A DNA stretch of 64,000 nucleotides from Candidatus Babeliales bacterium. GTDB taxonomy: Bacteria > Babelota > Babeliae > Babelales > UASB340. A model generated the notes under the pieces. That model was not told where the DNA came from. It saw nothing but the letters and a program-made list of their open reading frames with translations, and made no database searches. Location of the stretch: positions 623 through 64,622 of the forward strand of contig JBAZLD010000005.1 of NCBI GenBank assembly GCA_041650475.1, read 5' to 3'. Of the stretch, positions 1 through 8,439 are shown piece by piece. The position numbers and the translations under genes were made by a program. The first letter of the stretch is position 1; every line of letters starts with the position of its first letter.

Positions 1-547
1 CAAACTCACAAGCTTACCTTCTGAGATTCGTAATTTAACTAATCTTAAAGATTTATATTTAAATGGGAACAAACTCACAAGTTTACCAGATGAATTTTGT
101 AATTTAACTAGTCTTACAAAATTAAATTTAAGTGTTAACAATCTCACAAGTTTACCTGTTGAAATTGGTTATTTAACTAGTCTTACAGAGTTAAGTTTAG
201 GTAATAACGAACTCATAAGTTTACCTGTTGAAATTGGTAAATTAACTAGTCTTAAATATTTATATTTAGCTGATAACAAACTCACAAGTTTACCTGCTGA
301 AATTGGTAATTTAATTAATCTTACATTTTTATATTTAAATCATAACGAACTCATAAGTTTACCTGTTGAAATTGGTAAATTAACTAATCTTACATTTTTA
401 TATTTAAATCATAACGAACTCACAAGTTTACCTGCTGAAATTGTTAAATTAACTCGTCTTAAATATTTATATTTATATGGGAACAATCTCACAAGTTTAC
501 CTGCTGAGATGCATAATTTATCAAATCTTAATTTACACGGGGTTTAA
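1..547 (+). CDS. Leucine-rich repeat protein, C-terminal part (5' end lies outside the window)
   Basis: The frame starting at nt 2 is open from the window edge to TAA at 545-547. It translates as uninterrupted 23-residue LRRs (..NKLTSLPxEIxNLTxLxxLxL..). It is absent from the ORF track only because it has no in-window start codon. Confidence 0.85.
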   Translation, partial: KLTSLPSEIRNLTNLKDLYLNGNKLTSLPDEFCNLTSLTKLNLSVNNLTSLPVEIGYLTSLTELSLGNNELISLPVEIGKLTSLKYLYLADNKLTSLPAEIGNLINLTFLYLNHNELISLPVEIGKLTNLTFLYLNHNELTSLPAEIVKLTRLKYLYLYGNNLTSLPAEMHNLSNLNLHGV

Positions 548-548
548 A

Positions 549-2444
549 ATGAAACTTTTTAAAAATATTTTTTTAGCTCTTTTACTTCTAACATCTCTAG
601 ATTTAACGCAAACCTTTGCAATGGAACCAGATCCAAATGAAGAAAATTTGGCACAAATGGGACAAATTGAACAAGAAAGGCTTTCTGGTTCAAAACGAGG
701 CCGAGAAGAATCTGATGATTCTAATAAAAGAAGACGTGCTTCTCATGACGATGATGATGAAGAATCTGATGATGATTCTGATTCAGTAAATATTGTCCCA
801 GAAGCGCCTATTGAAAAAAAATTTATTTTGGAATGTGAAGATGCGGAATCTAAAATAACTTTAGAAATACCCAAGAATATTGCTAATCAATCTTTAATGT
901 TAGGTTCAATTATAAATTCAAATTTTAAAGAATCTGTCGAAAGTTTTTTAGATGTTAGTCAAATAACTAATCCTGATACTATTTTTATATTGAATAAACT
1001 CATTAAGCTTGCTTATCAAACAGCCCAATCTCAAGATACTGTTGATTTAAAAAGTATTATTCAAGTATTACATAATGAAATTTACAAAATTTTTGATACA
1101 GAACAAATAAATGATTTCAAAAATATTGCTGATTATTTTCAAATCCCGTTAATACAAGAAGCCATTGAAAATAGTAATAATAATTCACCTTTTGGACTCA
1201 TAATTCGTGGTTTTATACCATTATCAATTATCAATAAGGCTCTTGGCCTTGATCCTAAAAGTTTAGATTTTTATACAATTGAAAAAAATATAAAAACAAA
1301 TAAACAACTTTGTGAAAAAATTTCTAACCTTTTATTATCAAATACTGACGATAAATTTTATCTATCCCAATTTTTAAAGCAAATTCCATCTGAATTTTTT
1401 AAAAATTATTTATGCAATAAAATAAAAAATATTCTTGAACATACAAAAATTAATGAAAATTTTAATCTAACCCCAGATTTAAGAATGTTGCTTTCTCCTA
1501 AAATATTTTTAAGATTCTTACTTGTTTTACCTGAAGAAGACTTAAACCCATTTTTAGATAAATTATCATTACTTGTTACAAACAATCAATTAGAAGGTTA
1601 TGAGCTTGCTCTTGCTCAAGCTCGGCTTTGTATAAATAATCACGAAAAAAAAGATAACATTTTAAGTCAACTTGGCATTATTAGAGGTGAAGAACTAATA
1701 AACAATGCAACAGACAATAGAGAATTAGATTTATCAAATAACTATTTAGGAAATTCTGATAATTTAAATAAATTTTTGTTTTACATCGCAATTGCACAAA
1801 TTTTAAATGTTACAAATTTAGATTTATCTTATAACAATCTCACAAGTTTACCAGATGAACTTTGTAATTTAACTAATCTTACAAAGTTAGATTTACATGT
1901 GAACAAACTCACAAGTTTACCTCCTGAAATTCGTAATTTAACTAATCTTACATCTTTAAATTTATATTCTAACAAACTCACAAGCTTACCTTCTGAGATT
2001 CGTAATTTAACTAATCTTAGAGTTTTAAATTTAGATAATAACAATCTCACAAGCTTACCTGCTGAAATTCGTAATTTAACTAATCTTACATCTTTAAATT
2101 TATATTCTAACAAACTCACAAGCTTACCTTCTGAGATTCGTAATTTAACTAATCTTAGAGTTTTAAATTTAGATAATAACAATCTCACAAGCTTACCTGC
2201 TGAAATTTGTAATTTAACTCGTCTTACATATTTAGATTTACAGAATAACAATCTCACAAGTTTACCTCCTGAAATTCGTAATTTAACTCGTCTTACATAT
2301 TTAAATTTATATTCTAACAAACTCACAAGTTTACCAGATGAAATTTGTAATTTAACTCGTCTTACATATTTAAATTTACAGAATAACAATCTCACAAGTT
2401 TACCTCCTGAAATTCGTAATTTATTAAATAGGATATTTATGTGA
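549..2444 (+). CDS. Secreted leucine-rich repeat protein (signal peptide, acidic/basic linker, ~300-aa N-domain, 9 x 23-aa LRR)
   Basis: The track ORF 477-2444 is trimmed to the in-frame ATG at 549, which gives MKLFKNIFLALLLLTSLDLTQTFA, a Sec-type signal peptide. This ATG lies 1 nt after the stop of the upstream LRR gene. The C-terminus carries 9 repeats LxLxxNxLTSLPxEIxNLTxLxx. Confidence 0.85.
   Translation: MKLFKNIFLALLLLTSLDLTQTFAMEPDPNEENLAQMGQIEQERLSGSKRGREESDDSNKRRRASHDDDDEESDDDSDSVNIVPEAPIEKKFILECEDAESKITLEIPKNIANQSLMLGSIINSNFKESVESFLDVSQITNPDTIFILNKLIKLAYQTAQSQDTVDLKSIIQVLHNEIYKIFDTEQINDFKNIADYFQIPLIQEAIENSNNNSPFGLIIRGFIPLSIINKALGLDPKSLDFYTIEKNIKTNKQLCEKISNLLLSNTDDKFYLSQFLKQIPSEFFKNYLCNKIKNILEHTKINENFNLTPDLRMLLSPKIFLRFLLVLPEEDLNPFLDKLSLLVTNNQLEGYELALAQARLCINNHEKKDNILSQLGIIRGEELINNATDNRELDLSNNYLGNSDNLNKFLFYIAIAQILNVTNLDLSYNNLTSLPDELCNLTNLTKLDLHVNKLTSLPPEIRNLTNLTSLNLYSNKLTSLPSEIRNLTNLRVLNLDNNNLTSLPAEIRNLTNLTSLNLYSNKLTSLPSEIRNLTNLRVLNLDNNNLTSLPAEICNLTRLTYLDLQNNNLTSLPPEIRNLTRLTYLNLYSNKLTSLPDEICNLTRLTYLNLQNNNLTSLPPEIRNLLNRIFM
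1563..1860 (+). repeat. ~300-bp block nearly identical to 2697-2994 in the next LRR gene
   Basis: Both encode LLVTNNQLEGYELALAQA(R/L)LCINNHEKKDNILSQLGII(R/G)GEELINNATDNRELDLSNNYLGNSDNLNKFLFYIAIAQILNV. Only a handful of nucleotide mismatches are visible by eye. Confidence 0.9.
1924..2207 (+). repeat. Perfect 138-bp tandem direct duplication (two LRR units per copy) inside the LRR gene
   Basis: Read base by base, 1924-2069 is identical to 2062-2207 (offset 138 nt = 46 codons). The protein segment NLYSNKLTSLPSEIRNLTNLRVLNLDNNNLTSLPAEIRNLTNLTSL occurs twice exactly. Confidence 0.95.
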
Positions 2445-2603
2445 GACAAAATAAAAAAAATTTAAATACGTAATTTTTAAAAGTATTTTTATATAGAATA
2501 TGCGTTTGGAATACTATAACAGATATTTGACAAATTAAATTATAATTATAACATTCTTTAAATAATATTATAAAATATTAAAAAAACTAAATAGAGGCTT
2601 AAT

Positions 2604-3584
2604 ATGAAATTTTTAAAAAATATTTTTTTAGCTCTTTTACTTCTCACATCTTTAAATTTAACTCAAAACTTTGCTATGGAATTACCATTAGATGAATTAC
2701 CATTACTTGTTACAAACAATCAATTAGAAGGTTATGAGCTTGCTCTTGCTCAAGCTTTGCTTTGTATAAATAATCACGAAAAAAAAGATAACATTTTAAG
2801 TCAACTTGGTATTATTGGAGGTGAAGAACTAATAAACAATGCAACAGACAATAGAGAATTAGATTTGTCAAATAACTATTTAGGAAATTCTGATAATTTA
2901 AATAAATTTTTATTTTATATCGCAATTGCACAAATTTTAAATGTTAAAATTTTAGATTTATCTCATAACAATCTCACAAGTTTACCTCCTGAAATTTGTA
3001 ATTTAACTAGTCTTACAGAGTTATATTTACATGTGAACAATGTCACAAGCTTACCTCCTGAAATTCGTAATTTAACTAGTCTTACAAAATTAAATTTATG
3101 TGATAACCAACTGACAAGTTTACCTGCTGAAATTTGTAATTTAACTAGTCTTACAGAGTTATATTTACATGTAAACGATCTCACAAGTTTACCTCCTGAA
3201 ATTCGTAATTTAACTAATCTTACAAACTTAGTTTTAGATTCTAACAACCTGACAAGTTTACCTGCTGAAATTGGTTATTTAACTAGCCTTACAGAGTTAC
3301 GTTTACCTTATAACAATCTCACAAGTTTACCAGATGAACTTTGTAATTTAACTAATCTTACAAAGTTATATTTACATATGAACAAACTCACAAGGTTACC
3401 TGCTGGAATTGGTTATTTAACTAGTCTTAAAGAGTTATATTTACATTGTAACTATCTCACAAGTTTACCAGATGAAATTCGTAATTTAACTAATCTTACA
3501 AAGTTAGATTTATCTCATAACTATACCACAAGCTTACCTGCGGGGATTCATAATTTATCAAATCTTACATTATATGAGTATTGA
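2604..3584 (+). CDS. Secreted leucine-rich repeat protein (short paralog: signal peptide joined directly to LRR cap and 9 LRRs)
   Basis: 326 aa. The signal peptide MKFLKNIFLALLLLTSLNLTQNFA is near-identical to that of the 549-2444 product. The pre-LRR cap block is shared, followed by 9 repeats of 23 aa. Confidence 0.85.
   Translation: MKFLKNIFLALLLLTSLNLTQNFAMELPLDELPLLVTNNQLEGYELALAQALLCINNHEKKDNILSQLGIIGGEELINNATDNRELDLSNNYLGNSDNLNKFLFYIAIAQILNVKILDLSHNNLTSLPPEICNLTSLTELYLHVNNVTSLPPEIRNLTSLTKLNLCDNQLTSLPAEICNLTSLTELYLHVNDLTSLPPEIRNLTNLTNLVLDSNNLTSLPAEIGYLTSLTELRLPYNNLTSLPDELCNLTNLTKLYLHMNKLTRLPAGIGYLTSLKELYLHCNYLTSLPDEIRNLTNLTKLDLSHNYTTSLPAGIHNLSNLTLYEY
2697..2994 (+). repeat. Partner copy of the 1563-1860 block
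   Basis: See 1563-1860; the offset between copies is 1134 nt. Confidence 0.9.
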
Positions 3585-3620
3585 TAAGATTTTAGTATTT
3601 TGATTATTAATTTAGAAAAT

Positions 3621-3647
3621 AGGGTCTTTGTAAATTACAAAGACCCT
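3621..3647 (+). terminator. Hairpin downstream of the LRR array (possible terminator)
   Basis: agggtctttgta-aat-tacaaagaccct forms a perfect 12-bp stem with a 3-nt loop, 37 nt after the stop. No clear U-tract follows. Confidence 0.4.
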
Positions 3648-3771
3648 AAATAATTTAAGTATAATTTTGGGACGCTTTAGACAAAAAAACAAGCTCATGT
3701 TAAGATTTATTCATTAAAATAATGTGTTATTATATTAAAAAATTTTAAAATTTTAATTATGAGATTTTGTT

Positions 3772-6237
3772 ATGGAAATGGATAAACATTACGAGCATTT
3801 GGCTTTCGAAAAGCAAGCAAGAGAATTATGGGAAGAAAATAAAATTTATCAATTTGATAAAAATAGTAAAAAAGAAACTTTTAGTATTGATACCCCACCG
3901 CCTACTGTTTCCGGAAGTCTACACACAGGCCATATATTCTCTTATACCCATACAGATATAATCGCAAGATTTAAAAGAATGCAAGGCTTTAACATTTTTT
4001 ATCCAATGGGTTTTGATGACAACGGTCTTGCAACTGAACGTTTTGTTGAAAAAACACATAAAATAAAAGCTCATAATCTAAAAAGATCTGAATTTATTAA
4101 TCTTTGTTTACAAGAAACAGAGAAAGTAGAAAAAGAATTTGAAAATCTATGGAAATCAATGGGTTTGTCTATTGATTGGACCAAGGTTTATTCTACTATT
4201 TCAAATAGAGTCAGAAAAATTTCTCAATATTCTTTTATAGATTTATATAAAAAAAATCTAATTTATAGAAAAAGTGAACCATCTCTTTATTGCACAACAT
4301 GTCAGACTGCTGTTGCTCAAGCAGAATTAGACGATAAAGAAATAACTACAACTTTTAATGATATAGAATTTCAAACGCAAGATGGCCAAAAATTAATAAT
4401 TTCTACAACAAGACCAGAATTACTACCAGCTTGTGTCGCTATTTTTTACAATCCAGAAGATCAACGATATGCGCATCTAAAAAATAAAAATGCTATTGTG
4501 CCAATTTTTAATAAGCAAGTAAAAATTTTGCAAGACGAAAAAGTTGATCCAGAAAAAGGCTCTGGTCTTGTTATGTGTTGCACTTTTGGTGATCAAACAG
4601 ATATACACTGGTTTAAAAAGCACAAATTAGAATTTATTCAAGCAGTAGGCAATAACGGCAAATGGACAAATATTACTGGCCCACTTGAAGGCTTAAATGC
4701 AATTGAGGCTAGAAAAAAGATTTTAGAATTATTAAAAGAAACAAAACAATTATTGTCTCAAAAACAGATTAAACATAGCGTAAATGTTCATGAAAGATGC
4801 AAACAAGAAATTGAATACTTAATTTTACCTCAATGGTTTATAAAAATTTTAGAAAACAAACAAATTTTTTTAGATTTGGCTGATAAAATTGATTGGAAAC
4901 CTGCATTTATGAAATCTAGATATAAAGACTGGGTTTCAAATTTAAGCTGGGATTGGTGCATATCACGGCAACGTTTTTTTGGGATTCCATTCCCTGTTTG
5001 GCACTGCCCTGATTGTAATCAAATAATTTTAGCATCAGAAAAAGATTTACCTATTGATCCACAGGAAACAACTTATAATAAAAATTGTCCAAATTGTTCC
5101 GGAACAAATATAAAACCAGATACAGACGTCATGGACACCTGGAACACTTCTGCGCTAACACCACAAATTAATATTAATTGGCCAGAAAATAATGTTGGTA
5201 TTAGCATGCCAATGAGTATGCGACCACAGGCACACGATATTATTAGAACCTGGGCTTTTGATACAATAGTCAAAGCTTATTATCACAATAATATAATTCC
5301 ATGGAAAGAAATTGTAATTTCTGGACATGTTTTAGCAGGAAAAGAAAAAATCTCTAAATCCAAAGAAAGTGGAGTTAAAGTTCCTGGGCCACTAGAATTA
5401 TTAAAACAATATCCAGCTGATGTCATAAGATATTGGACTGCAAATGGTAAATTGGGAACAGATACTGCATTTAGCGAAAATCAATTAAAAATTGGACAAA
5501 GACTTATTATAAAATTATGGAATGCTTATAGATTTTGCAAAGAGCATATTGAGAAATTTGAACCGGATAAAAATAATACTAAAAATATTGAAAATAATTT
5601 AGATAATTTAAACAAATGGCTATTAAATAATTTTAATCAAGCAGTTAAAAATTATTATTTTTACTTTGAGCAATACGATTATACGTTGGCTCTAGAAACG
5701 GCTGAAAAATTTTTCTGGCATACTTTTTGTGATAATTATTTAGAATTAATAAAAGATCAAATTTTTAATCCAGATAAATATTCTGAACAAATTTTATTAA
5801 ACACAAGATTTACGCTTTACACAGTTGGGTTTGGTATTTTAAAACTTTTTGCACCAATTTTGCCTCACATAACAGAAATTCTTTATCAGCAGCTTTATAA
5901 GGATAAAGAGAAAGTAATAAGTTTACACATAATAAATTTCGATAAAAATTTATATAATTATAATTTTGAAAAAGAAACGGTGCTTATAAATAAAGTTATA
6001 GAACTTATAACTTTGTGCAGAAAAATAAAAACTGAGAACCAGTTGTCTTTAAAAACTGAAATAGAGAATTTAAATATTTATTCAGAAAATAATGAGCTCT
6101 TAGAGCAATTAAAACAAGAGGAAATTTTGATTCTTGGTATTACAAAAGCTAAAAATTTAAATTTCTTGAATAAAAAATTACAAGATAATATTTTAGAAAA
6201 AACTGGTGAAATTTTAAACATGAGTTTGATTATATAA
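3772..6237 (+). CDS. valS: Valyl-tRNA synthetase
   Basis: 821 aa. It has the class I HIGH region PPPTVSGSLHTGH and a KMSKS-type motif (KISKSK). The block IFSYTHTDIIARFKRMQGFNIFYPMGFDDNGLATE fits ValRS. Confidence 0.85.
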   Translation: MEMDKHYEHLAFEKQARELWEENKIYQFDKNSKKETFSIDTPPPTVSGSLHTGHIFSYTHTDIIARFKRMQGFNIFYPMGFDDNGLATERFVEKTHKIKAHNLKRSEFINLCLQETEKVEKEFENLWKSMGLSIDWTKVYSTISNRVRKISQYSFIDLYKKNLIYRKSEPSLYCTTCQTAVAQAELDDKEITTTFNDIEFQTQDGQKLIISTTRPELLPACVAIFYNPEDQRYAHLKNKNAIVPIFNKQVKILQDEKVDPEKGSGLVMCCTFGDQTDIHWFKKHKLEFIQAVGNNGKWTNITGPLEGLNAIEARKKILELLKETKQLLSQKQIKHSVNVHERCKQEIEYLILPQWFIKILENKQIFLDLADKIDWKPAFMKSRYKDWVSNLSWDWCISRQRFFGIPFPVWHCPDCNQIILASEKDLPIDPQETTYNKNCPNCSGTNIKPDTDVMDTWNTSALTPQININWPENNVGISMPMSMRPQAHDIIRTWAFDTIVKAYYHNNIIPWKEIVISGHVLAGKEKISKSKESGVKVPGPLELLKQYPADVIRYWTANGKLGTDTAFSENQLKIGQRLIIKLWNAYRFCKEHIEKFEPDKNNTKNIENNLDNLNKWLLNNFNQAVKNYYFYFEQYDYTLALETAEKFFWHTFCDNYLELIKDQIFNPDKYSEQILLNTRFTLYTVGFGILKLFAPILPHITEILYQQLYKDKEKVISLHIINFDKNLYNYNFEKETVLINKVIELITLCRKIKTENQLSLKTEIENLNIYSENNELLEQLKQEEILILGITKAKNLNFLNKKLQDNILEKTGEILNMSLII

Positions 6238-6255
6238 TTTTTTATTTTTAAACAA

Positions 6256-6705
6256 ATGATCTTAATAAAAAATCGCATAAAAAATATAAAAATAGATTCA
6301 AATAAAATAAAAAAAATAGTAGCACAAATGTTAGAATCTTTGGGCTATGAAAATTTTGACATAGGTATTTTATTTACAACAAATAAAACAATTAAAAATT
6401 ACAATAAAATTTATCGCAAAAAAAATAAACCTACTGATATTTTATCTTTCCCATATCATGCAGACCTTAAACCCGGTCAAAAAATAAAAATTATATCTCC
6501 TGAAGATCAAAATTTGGGAGATATAATAATCTCTCTTGAATTTGCAAATAAAGATGCAAAAAGTTTAAAATATTCGCTTTCAGAACATCTAAAAATTCTT
6601 CTTGCTCATGGCATTGCACATCTGCTTGGTTACGATCATGAAATAGACAAGCAATATAAAGAAATGCAAAAGATTGAAAAAAAATTATTAAAAATAGTAA
6701 AATGA
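6256..6705 (+). CDS. ybeY: Endoribonuclease YbeY (rRNA maturation metalloprotease)
   Basis: 149 aa with the H-x3-H-x5-H zinc motif HGIAHLLGYDHE near the C-terminus. The size is typical for YbeY. Confidence 0.85.
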   Translation: MILIKNRIKNIKIDSNKIKKIVAQMLESLGYENFDIGILFTTNKTIKNYNKIYRKKNKPTDILSFPYHADLKPGQKIKIISPEDQNLGDIIISLEFANKDAKSLKYSLSEHLKILLAHGIAHLLGYDHEIDKQYKEMQKIEKKLLKIVK

Positions 6706-6774
6706 ATTTATTATAAATTATAATTAAATTGTCTACATTTTATATTTTTTTAATATTAAAATTTGGGGGAATTT

Positions 6775-7278
6775 ATGAAAAATCTAAAAAAAATAGTATT
6801 GCTAAGTTTGGTTTTTGGACTTTTAAGCACAACTATGCAAGTCCAGGCACTATCTATCTTCAAACGATTTGCTGGAGTATTTAGCACAAAAAGAAAAGTG
6901 AAAAATACACAAGAACAACACGCAGAAAATATGGTTACAAATATGATAAAATCAGGTAATGTAAAACTTCAAGGCGGGTGGTGGCAAAGGCGTAAACAAA
7001 AACAAGCTTTAATAAAAAAAGAAAAAAATAAACCTGAGATCGCATTTTTAACTGGCCAAACAACCGCAATAAAATCTAAAAATTTTCAAAAAGAAGCAAA
7101 AACTTTATATGAAAAGAAATATACTGAAGCTTTACAAAAACATACTGAATTAGAAGATTTAGCAGATGATCGAAAAATTAAATTAACAGATCCCAGATTA
7201 GAAGAAGCTCGTCTTGCAAAAATAGCTGCAGCAGAAAATTTTAGATTATTTAAGACTGGCCTTAAAAAGGCAAAATAA
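6775..7278 (+). CDS. Secreted Lys-rich hypothetical protein (WW-basic motif family)
   Basis: The track ORF starts at a TTG at 6763. It is trimmed to the ATG at 6775, which gives the signal peptide MKNLKKIVLLSLVFGLLSTTMQVQA. It is a paralog of the next gene. Confidence 0.7.
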   Translation: MKNLKKIVLLSLVFGLLSTTMQVQALSIFKRFAGVFSTKRKVKNTQEQHAENMVTNMIKSGNVKLQGGWWQRRKQKQALIKKEKNKPEIAFLTGQTTAIKSKNFQKEAKTLYEKKYTEALQKHTELEDLADDRKIKLTDPRLEEARLAKIAAAENFRLFKTGLKKAK

Positions 7279-7310
7279 AGAAAATTTTTTATTTTATAAA
7301 AAAGGAATTT

Positions 7311-8021
7311 ATGAAAAATTTTAAAAAAATAATCTTGTTAAGCTTAGTTTTTGGGCTTTTAGGCTCAGATACTCATAAAATTCAAGCCGGACCAATTTCA
7401 ACTATTAAAACTTTCATCAATAAAAAGAGATTTAATCATAACGTAAATGTTCAAGCAAAAAAAGAAGCCTTAGAAAGTAAAGAATATCAAAACTTTAAAC
7501 CTCAAAAAGCAGGATTTTTTAGTGGGATTAGAAATTGGTGGGCAAAGCGCCAAAAATTAAATCAATTAGTGATTGAAAAGAAAAAAGATGCAGGTTTTGC
7601 AGGTATGGTAGCAGCAAAAGCGACTCCAGAAATTCAAAAAGCAGCTAAAAAATTGTACGCAAAAAAAGTTCAAAAAACTTCAGCCGCAATGGAGCGATTG
7701 ATGGATACAACAGCAGCTGGGCAAGAAGTTATAGAAGAACTATATAGCCAAACTATACAAAATGCCGCCGCAGCTAAAGGATCTAAACCCATTTTTAAGT
7801 TTGAATCAATACTTGAAAATAAAATTAAAGAAACTAAGGCCTCTGGGCATAAAAAGCTTGAAACAGCATTTAAAGCAAAACAAGCTGCATATGAAAATAA
7901 TAAAAAATTTTTAGAAAAATTTACGCAAGCTTCAAGGCTAGAAAAGGTTGGAGAACCATCTGATGTTGAAACAACTTACAAACCTCAAAAAACTAGGCCT
8001 TTATCCCTACCAACAGAATAA
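7311..8021 (+). CDS. Secreted Lys-rich hypothetical protein (WW-basic motif family)
   Basis: 236 aa. Signal peptide MKNFKKIILLSLVFGLLG. It shares the NWWAKRQK and AKKLYAKK motifs with the 6775-7278 product. Confidence 0.7.
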   Translation: MKNFKKIILLSLVFGLLGSDTHKIQAGPISTIKTFINKKRFNHNVNVQAKKEALESKEYQNFKPQKAGFFSGIRNWWAKRQKLNQLVIEKKKDAGFAGMVAAKATPEIQKAAKKLYAKKVQKTSAAMERLMDTTAAGQEVIEELYSQTIQNAAAAKGSKPIFKFESILENKIKETKASGHKKLETAFKAKQAAYENNKKFLEKFTQASRLEKVGEPSDVETTYKPQKTRPLSLPTE

Positions 8022-8055
8022 TTAACAATAAATAAAAAATATCGACAATTTATAT

Positions 8056-8097
8056 AAAAAAAGAGCTTTTTAAAAAAATTTAAAAGGCTCTTTTTTA
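8056..8097. terminator. Bidirectional intrinsic terminator candidate
   Basis: aaaaaagagcttttta...taaaaggctctttttt is an A-tract/stem/T-tract hairpin with one bulge. It lies between convergent genes. Confidence 0.55.
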
Positions 8098-8439
8098 TTA
8101 ATATTCATATATAAATAAAATTAATTATACAATTTGTAATTAATAAAAATATTGTAAAATATTTATTGATAAAATAAGTTCTTGAGCTATATTTCTATCT
8201 TTAAGTAACCTTTTTATTTAAGATTTAAATTTTGTGGGATTTTAGGGTAAAAACCGTGAATATGCACATAAATAAAACACCAATATTTTTGTTATACGAT
8301 AAAGTCTATGATTCTTCATATGTCTATGCTGTTTACGACATAAATTTTATTTTTAATGATGAAGAAGAATGCGAAAACATCATAATTGATAGTGGTAATT
8401 TTCAGGACAACGAAAATCAATATGATGCTTAATTAAATT

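Noticed and set aside
477-548. N-terminal extension of track ORF 477-2444 (MGTISQVYLL...)
   Set aside because: This segment is the 3' end of the upstream LRR gene read in another frame. The ATG at 549 gives a proper signal peptide.
1829-2449. Long antisense ORFs across the LRR repeats (1829-2449 and 2963-3247, minus strand)
   Set aside because: They are the reverse complement of a 69-bp periodic coding repeat. Their translations are periodic too (..RISGGKLVRLL..), and they have no start context. The sense strand gives canonical LRRs with signal peptides.
1829-3560. The regular ~69-bp periodicity could be mistaken for a CRISPR array
   Set aside because: The whole region is one continuous open reading frame in each gene, and the period equals 23 codons of an LRR. 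There are no unique spacers between conserved repeats.
3767-3961. 64-aa ORF overlapping the valS start
   Set aside because: It is an out-of-frame overlap with a high-confidence gene and has no distinguishing features.
8232-8432. Small acidic ORF in the 418-bp gap between 8021 and 8440 (from the ATG at 8262: MHINKTPIFLLYDKVYDSSYVYAVYDINFIFNDEEECENIIIDSGNFQDNENQYDA)
   Set aside because: There is no convincing RBS and no recognisable motif. It could be a real small protein, but the sequence alone cannot support that. Conservation in relatives or Ribo-seq data would be needed.
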